From: Bugula neritina
Lineage: Eukaryota; Animalia; Bryozoa
Assembly (NCBI GenBank): GCA_964035545.1
Contig: OZ037765.1
Location: 10,116,698 to 10,180,697, forward strand
DNA: 64,000 nucleotides
Direction: 5' to 3'
The first letter of the stretch is position 1. The number at the start of each line of letters is the position of its first letter. Below are positions 1 to 14,096 of the stretch, piece by piece. The translations under genes were made by a program, and so were the position numbers. Below the pieces are notes generated by a model, which did no database searches, had not been told where the DNA came from, and saw only the letters and a program-made list of their open reading frames with translations.

Positions 1-103
1 CCATTTTGAAATTTATTTTTATTGAATTTATAAAGCTGCTACTCTTGTTGCCTGCTTACTCTCCTATGCTGTGCTGCAAGGGGTACTTGTGGTGTGATTG
101 TAG

Positions 104-3100
104 AAGGGTATCGATACATCCACCAACTCCAGGTTACAGAGGCTACAGAAGAAGATTCAGGACCAGGAAGCACAGCTAATTCTGGCTGAACCTAGACTCA
201 GGTTCACTCTTGGCACTAAGAAAGGGGCGCAGTTCTGTTTCTTACTCCCCTCCGACTATGAACGTAGTGAATGGCAGGAGAGCATACAGGCGCTGAAAGC
301 TAAATGTAAGATACATTCAGATTTACGATGGTTTACCAATTTCTATCCTTAATTGTCTATAAAGTTGGCAATCAATTGTTTCTACATTAAAGTTCTGTAA
401 TGAGTCATGTGTTTGGTATCTGAAGGTCAAATGATTACAGCTTCAATTAAATGCTGTAATAAAAAAGCAAATTACCTGTTACCTAATTATGCTATATACA
501 CAACAATGATGCAAGAATGGTCTGGTTTTGTTTTAAATTCAACACAAAACGTAGTTTGAAGAACGTGCCTTCTAAATCTCAGGTCATCTTATGCCCTGAC
601 AAACTCGCTGACTGTAACATCAATTGACCCACTGACTTGTATCATCTTGTATTGTAACTATTGTCAAGAGAACGATTAAAGATTTTTGATTGCTGCTAAT
701 TCTTAACTTTAAATATAATTTTTATGGGTAACTTATTAAGATAGTCAAATATAGATTATAATGACGTCAATCATAGCAAGAAAGTTCTCAGTCTAATCAA
801 GATAGCCTATAATCTGTATACTTTCTCGTATGACTCTGCCGTCTGCTCTTTAGTGCCTGCCGACTCTACTGCGAAGATATCGTCGATAGACGTGCAGTCA
901 ATTGTGGATGGGTGTAGAGACAATGTACAGCTTAACAACATGGATCAGATGGTGATGAAGGAAGCAACTGATGAGGATATAATGAGTGGACAACTCACAA
1001 TAACTATACATAAGATACTGGGGCTACAACATCCGTGTGGTCAGTAGATGGTCAATTATATACAGCAATATTATGACGTAGTGTCATCTAAGTGACCCTT
1101 AATAAAAGTTTCTATAAATTATGTTTAGTTTTTGATTTTCACTTAGTGGTTGCTACTATCTTTGAATGGCTGGACAAGAGGCCTAAAGTGCTCTCCCCTG
1201 AGATTTGTTTGTATTTACAGCATAAAGTTTTCGTTCTTGGTCTAATAATTGAGAAAATTGTGAGGGTCAAATGATAGCTACATTTATAGTGATGAAATTA
1301 GCAAAATTTGTGTTGTCAAATGTTTTACCAAGGACTTGAGTTGTACTAATTATTGGGATTCTTTTTTTTAAATTGATAACATATGTAAATCTCGGATAAG
1401 TGCTTTATCTATAGTGTGCATAGTGGCCTTCATAATATGGAGCTTGACAATAGAAACAAGCATCTTTGTGTTTGGTAGTTGTATCTGGTTATCAAAATAT
1501 TGCTTAATGTGTTAATAGCACATATATTTGCATTAAATGACCATCATTTGGGATTATTATATTATTTGTAAGCCATTTTATTGTAATAAAAATAAACACC
1601 TTACTAAAATACTTATGTTGATTAATTGCCAAGTGTTCATAGTTACCTTGAAGGCCATGTTTCAATATATAGGCATGTAGATGGTTTTATCCATTCTGAG
1701 AGCAAGATGGTATGCTTCATGTATAAGAATAACACATTTTGAACTTAATATTATTTTGTAGTATTTAATATTTGTAAACAGTTAAAATAGATATCCAGGT
1801 AGTGTAGTTGAATGAGACAGTATTAAATATTCCGAAATGTTCATATATGAAATTCTACGTGAACAGCTATCATTGGCTACAGGATAGTATGACTTTTCTG
1901 TAAATTATTTAGAAACTTTCACTGCGATTGAAGTCGACTCATTTGGCCATTTCTACCACAAAGCAAAGACTAGGATCCTCAAGTCCGATCAGCCCGTGTG
2001 GAATGAGAGCTTCGCTATAGATTTAGAATCTTCCAGCACTCTTCGACTCATCTGCTACAAAACAACTGAGGGTGGGGACATTCTTCTGGGCAAAAGTTCT
2101 CTTAATGTAAGCAAGTCTTTAAGTCTTCTTTTTTACTCAATATTTTTGCCTCCAATATGTCTACTAGTTGGAATACAAGAGGGCGTTGCTAGTTCATGAC
2201 TCCTGTAGGAATAAATACTAAATATATACAACTATATGTATGCGCTCGTGCCTGTATGTGTATATAGTTTTATGTAATTATATATGTAACTATAGATAAA
2301 ATGACACAGTTGAAATTGATAGAACATTTTATTACTAATACGTTCATCAGTTATACGAAATATTTAGCAAGTTGTGAATGTCAAAAAAAAAACCATTTTA
2401 AAATAAGTTTTTATCATTATTTGTGAGACCTTGTAGGTTTGAGCAATAATCATTTAAAGTTTCAATTAAATCAGCAATAAATTCATACTCAATAGGTGAT
2501 GTTGATAGGCTCATTAGTACCATACCTAAAGCAATAAATTTATTTGAACGCTTGTTAATAATATGACAAATCTTTTCTAATCTGAGCATATTGTGAGGTT
2601 ACAGACTCCCAAGTTGGTAATCTAGTCTGCAGTTCATGTATGATACAGCACAGCATCACCTTATATCTAAAGTACAAACGCTAATTATAATGAAGCTAAA
2701 GCAACACCTAGACAGACATAATGGACAGTGTGTTGCAAATACTGTTATTGTTACTATTCTGAACGTTCTGTCGTTCATTACACTCATTGACTCCAAATAA
2801 TTTCATAGAATTGCCTGTAAAAAGGCCTTGGATTGTCTAATCATTAAGCTGTTGTTAAATTGTCCTCTCAAATGAATTCACTTCAGGAAAGAGTGCAGTA
2901 TCAATACATATTACATACATGTGCTTTTCAGTTGTCAGCAATGATATAATGTTTGAACAATAGCGATATTTTAACAAGCCAGAAACATGAAATCCATTCA
3001 AAAAATAAGGAATTCCTCTTTCTTTATTACACGTGTGGTTGCAAAAGCCTGCATACACAAGTCACAAGCAAGATAATCTTTGGCAAATTTATACTTAGAG

Positions 3101-6100
3101 ACTACTGTTTGAATAGGCTGTAGTAATTTTTAACAATTTGTGTTTTTTATGCTTGACTATATATTATTTGTAATTTTTGTAACTAGCAGTCTTGCTCTAT
3201 CATTAAGAAGTTTAAATAAACTTTCCTCTGTCTCTGTTACTCAATGATGTGTATATTAATTGAATTGTTTTCTAGTTGAATAAGCATTGGTTGAAACAAG
3301 GGTTCCAGGAGAAAGAATTATCTATGAACGAAGTTACCCTCACAGTATCCATCAAGTATCAGAATGTTGAACAAACTATTAGAAGAATACCTTCCCGGGT
3401 ATGTTTAAACATAACTATACAAGACTACTGTGTATCTCAGAACTGTTAGACCCCCTCCCCCCTCGTATAAGATGATGTGCCACTAGCAGGTATTCAGTTT
3501 GTGTTATTTGCTATCCGGTCAATACAATGAAATCTTTACTTTATTCTGCGACAGGTTGAAACTGGTGTGTTTGGCGTAAAGCTGTCCAATACGTGTAACA
3601 AGGAGGGACTAAAAGTACCGGCCTTTGTCACGGCCTGCATAGAGGAAGTGGAGAGAAGAGGTATTGATGAGACTGGAATATACAGAGTCTCCGGCACTAC
3701 CTCTGATGTACAGAGATTACGGAAAGCTTTCGACAAAAGTGAGCTCCTATTTATAGTCCATGTTGAGTTTTATAATGATGAAAGTTATTTTATTTTAGTC
3801 TACTTTTTCTTTGATTACATGTCAGTGATGTGTATATCTCTAGCTTGTTTATTGGCTCATATTGTCAGTAAGATATGCTGCCAACAAATGTTTTTCACTT
3901 TGAAAGGCTAAAGTGCATGTTATGTCTAATAGAATTAATTATACAATTAATGCTCTGTCTCAACAACTTAGTAAACCGCTGTATTGCCTCTTACTATGTT
4001 CCTAGGTGCTCGCGTTGGTAAAACTCTACTACCTGAAGTGGACATCAATGCAGTTACAGGTGCTCTGAAGCTGTATTTCCGTGAACTGCCCGAAGCTCTC
4101 ATAACGGACGCATTATATCCCAATGTCGTTGATGCATATAGTAAGTGTAACCAGTTTTTGCTGCCTCCGATAATGCTGTCCCCCTTGATCTCGGTAATAT
4201 GTCTGCGATACCCATTTCTAAGTGGATTCATCATCTCATTTCCTGTTTAATTGCTTCCGCGCTCATTATTGTTGGCCAATAATTTAGTTAGACTAAAGAC
4301 ATATCAAAGGGGATTTAATACTTCTTGAACGCTAAAGTATCTTGATGCTTTAATTGGAGAAATTCGATTAGCGTCCCAATTACTCCCATTTTTGCTTCAC
4401 CTTTTATTCTAAATTAAGGCTCCCACCAACACGATATTAATAATGAATATATTTCCGCTGCATGTTGCAACTTGTGACAAACTAATACTTTAGGTGTGTG
4501 TATTTTCAAAACTTGTTTTCAAACTTCCTCTTTATCTTCTAGCGTGATTTGCTGAAAGCATTTCTTCCAATAAACAGTAATTTTAAACCATGCTTTTCAT
4601 CAATGTCGTAATACTCCATCTAAATATATAATAAATCTAGACCAAAAATTAACTTTTTGGTTTATAATTATTTGCTTTTTACTAAAAATGGAAAGTTGTG
4701 CTGATTTGGCCTTTTTTTGTAGTTACAGTCTGTATTATAATAATACAGAGTATTGATTACATCCATTCGGTATTATATACTGACTATGCTGACCATTATA
4801 GCCATTCACATTGTTGCCGTACTGATAATTAACTAATTATCGGTGTCTCACAAGGGAAACGCTCTATAGAAATTTTACTATAACTGCTGTAAGCGAAAAC
4901 TAGGGCACTATAAATATTGTTTGTGTTGACAATGCTGCACTGGCCAGTTTTAAGCACTACTTTAACATTGCTATGACATTATCGTGCATATATATACAAC
5001 TCATGGGCTTTCCATACTCCTCTGTACCTATGTCTTAAATTTAACTTTTAGAAATACAAGACAAAAATGAGCAAGAGAAGAAAATGATTGCTTTACTTGG
5101 CTCATTGCCAGACTCGAATTACTATACAATGATGGCACTGCTAGAGCACCTTGTTAGGTGAGGGTGTATTGAGTGTTGCGATGCAAAATTGACTTCTGTG
5201 TTGGATTGGTCTCATTTCTATGATGTCTAAAATAGTGGTTCGATATGGGAATATATGTCACTGGCTTGTGGGTGTACTGCCAGGATGATATACGAATATA
5301 TATTATAATATTGTATGTTATATGGTTGTGCCATGTGTTATGTGTATTGCATATTATGTTATCCTACAATCATACTTTCCTGCTAAATATAATTTGTTCA
5401 ATTGTATTTATAAAGTGTGGGAGTTGTATCGTGACATTTTGAAATATATCTTTTCTATATTTTCTTGACCCACACCCAGGAAGGTGTTGGGAAATGATCT
5501 TCAAATAGTTTCATTGAAAGCACTTTCTACTTTGTGTGGGGTGACTGGTGACAATTGGGACTGGTCAGGGGCACTAACAGCTCCGTACTTTGTCATTCTG
5601 CGAGTTTGCTGATACTCCGCAATCTCCTGGTCAAACGCTTTTCTATAACCTTTGACAGCCCTTTTGGGATTGAAGCACAATACCTACAGCATACAGCTAT
5701 ATGAAACCACTTACATAAGCTTAGATTTGATGAGTTGGAATATATTCCATAGGCAGTTGGCATACAATAGTTGGATGCACTCAGTTTATAAACGATATTT
5801 CCGAATTTCAACTTTTTAAAATAACAATTGGAAGCACAAACGTTGTTAAATAATGTGCTTTATCATTATTTTTTGTTCAGGTTTAACTTGTGGTTTTGGG
5901 CGGTTGAATCATAACGATAACTTGAAGTAAATATTTAAGCAAATTATTTACTTGTTAAAAAATTCGCAAGCTCAACTTTAACTGTAACTTTAAATATTTT
6001 TCCGATGATATGAGCAATTTTTAATTTCAAACTGAACTACAATGTTTTTCAGTCCCAGATTACTTGTTTTACTTTAATAACAAATATTTGCTGATGCTTT

Positions 6101-6404
6101 TGCCTTTTTGGCGCACTTCTTTGCTTGCCTTGCCAATGCCTTTCTTTGGGGTTTTACTTCTTGTCAAAGTTTTATCAAATTTAACAATTTATTTTTTAGA
6201 ATTGGTGCACATGAATCAACAAATAAGATGCCTTTTCACAACCTGGCTGTTGTATTCGGCCCGACCCTATTGAAGCCGGCAGTGAAAGACCAGGCTACCG
6301 ACGCAATGTCACTCTTCTCCAGTGGAGCTAATGATGCAATGTACCAATCAGGAATACTGTTCTATTATTTGACATTGCTAAATAAAGGAACTCAGTTCCG
6401 TTAA
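104..6404 (+). CDS. ABR: 3' part of a BCR/ABR-family RhoGEF-PH-C2-RhoGAP protein (5' end outside the window). Exons 104-305, 854-1039, 1913-2106, 3276-3398, 3555-3738, 4006-4140, 5052-5157, 6200-6404
   Basis: GT/AG exons join in phase. Translation gives the PH-domain end ([16 protein letters not shown]), the C2 motif [14 protein letters not shown]...WNESF and a full RhoGAP domain ([16 protein letters not shown], arginine finger [41 protein letters not shown]). Stop TAA at 6402-6404. The BCR/ABR label is from recall; the gene is probably co-orthologous to both. Confidence 0.93.
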
Positions 6405-7052
6405 CACATAGCTTCACTACTCACTACTCAATCTGCTGTTATTAAAATATGCTATTTTACATTCATAGTAATGTTTGTATGTTATAACACTTTTGTTTTA
6501 CAATTTTTTTAATGTTCAATATTTTATGGCATTAGCTGTACCTGGAAGTATCTTGTGCATTCAGGGCCAACATTTACATTTCTGTGTAGAGTTACTAAAT
6601 TTGTGGTGCTTCATGCTTTTTATATATTTCAGCATCTTGCACTATTTTAAATTTTAATTATTTCTTTTGTTGCTTATTAGGATTTTGACGTCTATAGGAA
6701 TATTGTAATTATTATTTGCTATTTTTTGTGTCCTCAGCAATATAAAACTGATATTTATATTTTTCATATTATATTTAGCATTATATTAAATAGTGTAAAC
6801 TACCCTCTCTTGTTATAAAAAATAATGAAAGTATTCAACTTCCAAATAATTAATATTGTACAATCAAAATAAAATAATATATATAGATTTAATATGCTAT
6901 GCAATATTAATTTAATACTACTAACAAATATATAAAATCATAAATCCAAGTAAAAGTTGCCTCAATACATTTAAGGTTCTTGCACTGTAGGAAATAAATA
7001 AATATGAGCACAAAAAAGTGGTGGATGGAGTAAATGTTTAATTAGTGGTTGA

Positions 7053-7547
7053 TTATTTACCAGCATTTTCCATGTCAGTTCTAAAGTCTCTAGACTGGCT
7101 GTGGGGGTCAGTTCTGAGTAGTTCACCAATAGATACCAGGATTCTATATTCATGAGAGAATGAAAACTTGTCCATTTGATTATTTTGTCTTGAACTGATA
7201 TTTCTTTTTATTCTAGCCAATCCGTTTGTAGTTCTCGCATTATTTGCTGATCTAGTGGTTGGAAATAGAGAAGCGACTATATCCCTTTCTTCGCTACCAA
7301 ATAAGTATTCTGATAGTTTTCTTAGAACCCATTGCTTCTCTTCATAGTCAAACTCCAAAGTCTGTCCTTCTCTTTCCACTTGGGTTAGTAATTCTCTAAG
7401 TATGATTTTCGTTACCATGTCTTCACTTTGTGCTGGCTGAAATCCCAGGCTATTTTGATTGCCTGCTGGAGTTGGAGCTGCTAAAGATGATCTAATCATC
7501 AATACCACCAGTGCTCCACTACACCATAAGCACATACTAGAATGCAT
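7053..7547 (-). CDS. Secreted neuropeptide precursor (164 aa), probably CRH/DH44/ELH family
   Basis: Hydrophobic N-terminal signal peptide (MHSSMCLWCSGALVVLMIRSSLA), an RIKR convertase site, then a 47-residue peptide ending in G-K-stop (amidation signal). A splice acceptor (tgtag) lies directly before the ATG. Confidence 0.8.
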   Translation of the reverse strand: MHSSMCLWCSGALVVLMIRSSLAAPTPAGNQNSLGFQPAQSEDMVTKIILRELLTQVEREGQTLEFDYEEKQWVLRKLSEYLFGSEERDIVASLFPTTRSANNARTTNGLARIKRNISSRQNNQMDKFSFSHEYRILVSIGELLRTDPHSQSRDFRTDMENAGK

Positions 7548-7713
7548 CTACAATGAAAATAATGAAAGCATTATTTTTTTCATTTTTTGCCTAAATGTTC
7601 TTTTCATATAAAGATATATACATTTGAAGACAAAAATTTGTATTCTGTGCAAATAAAATGCAGCAGCAAATACTTGTTCAACATAATTTTATCTAAAATA
7701 CTTAGCAACTTAC

Positions 7714-7839
7714 ACTGTGTTCCAGTAAATGTGGTAAAATTTGGTACCAGATGATTTAATGTTCACAGATGGAGTAAACGTCCTTCAATACCAGTTCCTA
7801 CTGAAGTGTGACATGTCAAGTTTGCCGGGACTTTATATA
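7714..7839 (-). promoter_or_regulatory. Putative TATA box and non-coding first exon of the neuropeptide gene
   Basis: TATATAAA on the minus strand at 7839-7832, Inr-like TCAC/TCAGT around 7811-7800, and a gtaagt donor starting at 7713 that can splice to the acceptor at 7548-7549 next to the ATG. Confidence 0.55.
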
Positions 7840-10800
7840 CAAATGCTGCTTCCAGATAAATTAACTCATTATCATCTTAAATTAAGCTAATTATGCAAGG
7901 AGTGTGATGACTGATAACGTGTGCATTAACCATATGTCTTGTGGTATTCCAGCCATATACAACATAAAATACACTCTTATAGGCTGCCTTATAGTCACAG
8001 TAAACAAGTTTACTGCACGTCTCCCAGCTACCGTGTTGTTGTCCAATTGGCTAAACAACCGTTTGTATCTAAAAGTTGAGATCACTAATAGCATTGAATA
8101 TATTTATTATAATTTAAGTTTTGGGCTCTTTTTATTAAAACAATTCATGAACAGGCATAGCAAATAATTCTATGATTTAAATACATTCTATAAAATTTAT
8201 CTATTTAGCTACATGACTCATTTAGGATATTAGTAGAGTTTCACAGCAGTATTAAATAAATAAAAGTTTGAACCAATTAAAATGTCAATAACATTTTAGA
8301 TGATCATAAATATAAGTCAATTTTGTGTTTTAAAGTTACATGCATTTTGTTGAGTTTTTTTGTTTACTATTATCATCAAATATTTTAATTTTTAGTATGC
8401 ATTTAAAGCTAAATCTTTACAGTGTTGGTTAGTAATTTTCTTATTTGTGATCAAAGTTCACATTGACATGGTGCATGCAATTAAACATAAATCTTACTGC
8501 TTTCAGCAACTTCAAACCAAATAACTTGTCAACTTATTTCTGTAATTTGCGATTTTGCCATCTTAATTGTAAAGGAATAAAAAGAAGTTTAATAATTTTC
8601 TGTACATAATTATTATTCAACAGCAATAGATATCCTATCCAAACTGCCACAGTAAATATCTACATAAAACAATTTTTACACCCTCTTTTTATGCTAATTT
8701 TTTGATAATTATATTTCCTATGTTAACAGCAATATTTAGTTTAATATATTTAATATTATTAGTAACATTTATTTGTTGCTATCTTATTTGTTTTACATAA
8801 CTCTCTTTCAAAGCATACTTTTCTGACTTAGGAATAAAATTTATTCTAAGCAATCAGGAAATCATTGACAAAGTACAGTTGTCTTATTCATCCTGTATAC
8901 ATGTGTTAAAAGAAGCAAAGAATAAGCATGCCAGAATTATAGCCTGTTTTGTAACCACAGACTTTATTTTGAGGCCACTTCATTAGTGTGTGACAAGCAT
9001 TGTGTGTTCATTGTAAAGAATGATTTTAATCAATGAAAGTTTGTCATTTACAACAACTTTTCAATTAAATTAGGCCTAGTAGACCTGATTTCCTTATCAG
9101 TCCAGGTAATTTGCTCCAGGATAATTACCCCACAAACATTTTCCAAATTAATACACACTATTGTAACTGGGCGGAACAAATGTCAAAGTATTCCAAATTC
9201 ATTTCTCGTAAAGCCCAAACTTTGTCTTATTTGTTTCATCAACTTGGCCACTTAGGCTAAAGTACAGACGTCATTTAGCAAACAATTAAAAGTGGAAGTT
9301 AAAAAGATTATCAACATATTGGAAAATCTCAACTTTGGACTTTTCAATTAAAACCTGGTAAAGCCCTCAAACAAAGAGACTTCAAATTTTATCTGTTGCT
9401 ATGCAACTTTATTTTCACTAAGAAATAGTTACAATAATTATGCATAGCTTTTCAGCCAATTGAATTAGAACTTGGAATCTATCACTGGCAACATCTGTAT
9501 ATCACTAGCTTTATTGACTTTATGTAATGCGCAACTGCACAATAAATGAATGTTCATATTTTAGAAATCCTTCCCAATGTGCAATATTTTGATGTGTTAA
9601 CTCATTAAAACAGCAACAACTCCCACAACTCTGTTACTTTACAGACAAATATTAATTTTGTTTCCTTAACTATATGTTGGTTGTGATCAGCTCCTTTCGT
9701 TTGCTGTAAGCATATTTAAAAGTGTTTGTACACATGTTACTGATTACTATAAGTTATAATAGCAATGAGCTAACAATTTTATTTTAAGTATGTACTCTCA
9801 TTTTTTCTTAAGGAGAACGGATGCCTTGAGTAAAAATCTCACCGTCTGGTCACCTTTCACCGCCGTAGTCCTGCGCTGTGACGGGAATACGTGCACTAAA
9901 TAAGTACTATGGAACTGAAATTAATAAGTAATGCACATGAAAATACTCTTTAATAAAAATCAATGTATATTCATGAAGCTACATGTAAGTCATCTTTATT
10001 TGATGCCAAAATACATTTTATGAATAGTTTTCAAGCATAATATAGCAAAATCTTAAATTGCATAAAAATATAAATATAAATTCAATGCATATCTAGTAAA
10101 ACTAAACATTACTAGCTGCTGCTTATATATAGCATAACGAGTAAAAAATGAGCAGTAAAAGTATTATAAAATTGAACATTTTTTGAATATGTAAATGGTG
10201 TGCTGCGTTTGAATTAAGCTACAGTTAATAAAAAAGCAGATTTTATATCCATAAGTTATAACCATAACATCAAATATAGAAAACATGAAATGCAAGTACC
10301 TAGATATTGCACAAAATTTACCATTACCTAAAAGCACAGAAACAACTTACTAGACTAAGACCATTCGTCTACATATAGGTCCATAATCTTAGCATAGTTA
10401 GATTATATATTCAGCTATCATCAGAGAGAAGGTACCTTGAGAGAACTATGTTTACTCATTACCATTAAGTCACCACAGATTACCAGCCTAGCCATGGTGT
10501 CTGGTACTCAACGTCACGTAGTTACAGTGTAACTCAAAGCATTTATGGGGCTATAATACAGAACCCATCCTGAGTATTAAATATATTTGAAACTCTTAGT
10601 CTTAATGTGACACTGGCATTTCTGTATCTACAAAAAGAATTAGACATTTGACAATTCCAGGAGATAGTCAAAATGGCATTACCACTAATATTCATGCCAA
10701 CAATGCTACAACAAAGCACTTACAAAGCATAACATATTTTTAAACAAAAGGCATGCTAAAAATAGAAGTAACTTCGTTATTTACATTTTTATAAATGTCT

Positions 10801-13773
10801 GCATGTCATCAAGGCCTTCTCAAGTGGCCCTTCAACTGTTATGAGAAGCAAGTCAATTGGCAGATGGCGCTCAAGTTGAATGAGATTGAAAACTAGGGAA
10901 TGCAGTTAATCAACAAGCTAGGACTATGCACTACACTGGCACTGTGCTATCACTGGTTTAATAAAAAAAAGTTGTAATCATAATCTTAATTAAAAAAATA
11001 CTACTGCAATGAACGAGCTAAATTATAAATCTTTTTACAAATAATAACTTCTATTATTCTTAGACTATTAGATAGTGATTAGTACATGACTATGTATATG
11101 TAGAACTAAGACACTACTTCTGTAAGTTCAAGAAAGTTCAGATGCTAAGCTACCATATAACAAAGATGGTGCAATATTATGAGATTACACAGTAACATCA
11201 TATCTGTTAACACTACTAGCAACACATTTGTTAAAAATGTCTAGCAACTTACTTCTTACATTTGCTGCTGAATGAGGCATTTCACACATACTGCAGGAGC
11301 TACTTCAGCTCTAAAAACAAGAGATATTCAAATTAAGGTTAACAATGCAGAAACTGCTGCATATACTCCCAGCCGTACAGAGCAAGGGTTAGTGTAGTCA
11401 CCTAAACAGCAAGTCTATGGCTGTCCAGTGGAGTGTGTTTTAGGAGTTCCCAAGACTAAAGCAATAATTGGATAACTTCAACATAGTAAACATTTTAACT
11501 TTTCAAACTTGCATGTGAGCATTAATAATTTTGAATTATTACATGTGAATAATTTATGCTTACAAATCAAGCACATTACTCTGATTAGTAGTCGATGCAA
11601 AGCGTGGCTAACAACATCTATGCTATGAAGAATGGTATTTCATTTATATATTGAATTTTTTTATAAACATAAAGATTCAGTAATTACATAATTTTTTTCA
11701 TTAAAACATGACTTATTTAACTCGTACTTCAACATAGCTTCTTTGAATTGTAAAATTTTGGCTGGTAAATTTTAATAAGAATCAGGAGAATAAAACAACT
11801 TGATAACAGATCACAGGCTAATAACACAGTGTGAAAATACATAGACAGCAATTAAAACAGAATATACAGTGAGCTCTCAATTGAATTTAAAAATTACACC
11901 ACAACTAAAACATTTATTTTGATGATGCTCTTTCACATTTAAATAATAAAATTATCGATAATAGCGCAAATAACTCAAAACTTTTTAAGCTACAAAACTT
12001 TTTAACCTCTTTGCAATCTCTACTAGAATAACTAGATAGGCTCTAGCTTTGTAACAAATGACAACTATCCAAAATATACCCCAAAAGGACAATAATATAC
12101 ATCAGATTGTTTAAGGCATACAAAACGTCTGAGTGTGTGTGAACTTACTGACAATGTTTGGCACATATCGACTAGGCTTCTTTACATACCTGCAACATAA
12201 AAACTGAAAATTATGTCTTTCATTGTTTAAAAAAATTGCACTTACAGTTTTACAAATAGCGAGCTGTGACATATTGGTCCACAGAGTGTGATAAAGTATG
12301 TAAGCAAGACCCAAACATTCAAAGACCAAAACTGTCAAGGAACCCATCAGCTATTTATTGTATTGATGACATGTTTTTATCAGCTGCTGAATGAGTTGAA
12401 GGAACTCTCTTATTGAAACTTTCGTGTTTAATTAGTAGCAACAAAATCCGCCTTAAAATCAAGGTGTATACAATTACGTAAAAGCTTATCATGGGAAGAT
12501 CAACTACTTTGTACAGAAACAAAAGTGTTTCATTTTCTATGGTCACTTCACGATCTTTTTAATTAGTATTAAACTTTATATAAGCTACATGCCTTCATGA
12601 GTTCAAAGCTTGCTAAATCGTAGCGACAGAAACATGAGATGGAGTGTTTGAAAAAAATGTTATAGATTGATATAGTGTTCAAAAATCAAGCTAAAAAGAG
12701 CATTTCATGACACAGCTAACAAAAAAACTTGCATTTCCGAGATAAAGTGACATCAGTCATGCTTTCTACTTCACATCAACAAGGCTAGACCATTTCAGTA
12801 TTTAAACTACAGAACTGTCACATAAAGAGCAATTTGATTGGTTGTCAATTCTGACATCACGATCTTGCTTACTGGGACAGATTTTCTAGGTCAATATTTT
12901 AGCATGAGAAATAAACACTTGTTGGATGGAGATGTGCAACTTGATGACTAGAAGTGCTGTACACTAGATTAGTTAAGGAGACAAGTTGGTGAATCATAAC
13001 TAAAAGAATTATGCGAAAGATTCTATTTTCCAGACAAAACAAGTTGTTCTCATATTTTCAATGTCCTGTCCAGCAACGATTGAAATTGCTGATACACTAA
13101 ACTTTCAGCAACTGAGCTAAATTCAGATATTAGAGCAATAATTCTATTGAGTCCTCAAATAATTTCTACATTAGATTGAACTTAATTCCCAAAATCATTA
13201 GATAATTCTGGCAATTTTCTTCCCAATAACTACAGGCAAAACAGCAATTACAATAACAATGACCGATATTCTAAAGTACTTGAACATTGATTTTTGTACC
13301 TAACAATGCCCCCAGTCTAGTTACATTTTAATGCTCAATAATAATTATGGTGAAAATTTTTGTACATACGCTAATAAAATTGATCTCTGCCAGTACATAA
13401 AATTTTTATTTTAAAGTTTAATTTATGACTGTCTAAAACATCTCAGGACATAAAACCAAATTAGAGATCTGAATGGGCATATTAAAATTACTTGTCCCTT
13501 TTCCAGAAATATAAATCAAGACTTTCTAATTTTTGATTTGCTAAATACATCAGAACTTTCTTGTCCATAAATCTTTGATAAATTTTAAACTAATAAAAGT
13601 TTATTAAACTATAATTCTTTTAAAGGCTTTATAAATTTAAATTTGACAGTAAATTCAAAAAATCATCATTTAATTATAAATACATTATAATATTTAAGAG
13701 GCAGCCTTTTTATGTTACTAGTAAAATTGTACACAAAAATATTACAATAAAAGGCATAAAAATAAATGTAAAC

Positions 13774-14021
13774 TTAAATTATTTAAATATATCTAGACGG
13801 CAAGGAATTTCAATAAAAATGAACAAGAACCACTACTAATTTTATATAAATGAATAAAGCAAACTTATATTTCAGACTACACTGTATCCAAGCTCTGAAA
13901 ATGGATACAGTGGCATCTGAAATATGCGTTTAGTTCATTTATTTGTATAAATAATGTAGTAATCAAAATTTGTACTTTTAGTAAATGTTTTTAATGAAAT
14001 TACTTACTATTTAAAGAATTA
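13774..14021. repeat. Degenerate palindromic (fold-back MITE-like) remnant
   Basis: Core inverted pairs atatttcaga/tctgaaatat and cactgtatcca/tggatacagtg around 13867-13924, with weaker outer matches (aatttcaataaaaa versus tttttaatgaaatt). Boundaries approximate. Confidence 0.5.
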
Positions 14022-14096
14022 AAGCGTTGCTGTTCAAGAGTAATAAATTGAGTAAAGTACTTCACAGTCTTATGTTCGTAATAAAAGTAAACTTAC

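Noticed and set aside
12320-12546. Stop-codon readthrough tail (...SSIQ*IADGFLDSFGL*)
   Set aside because: TAA-A is a poor readthrough context, and no in-frame splice path from the TM exon could be built.
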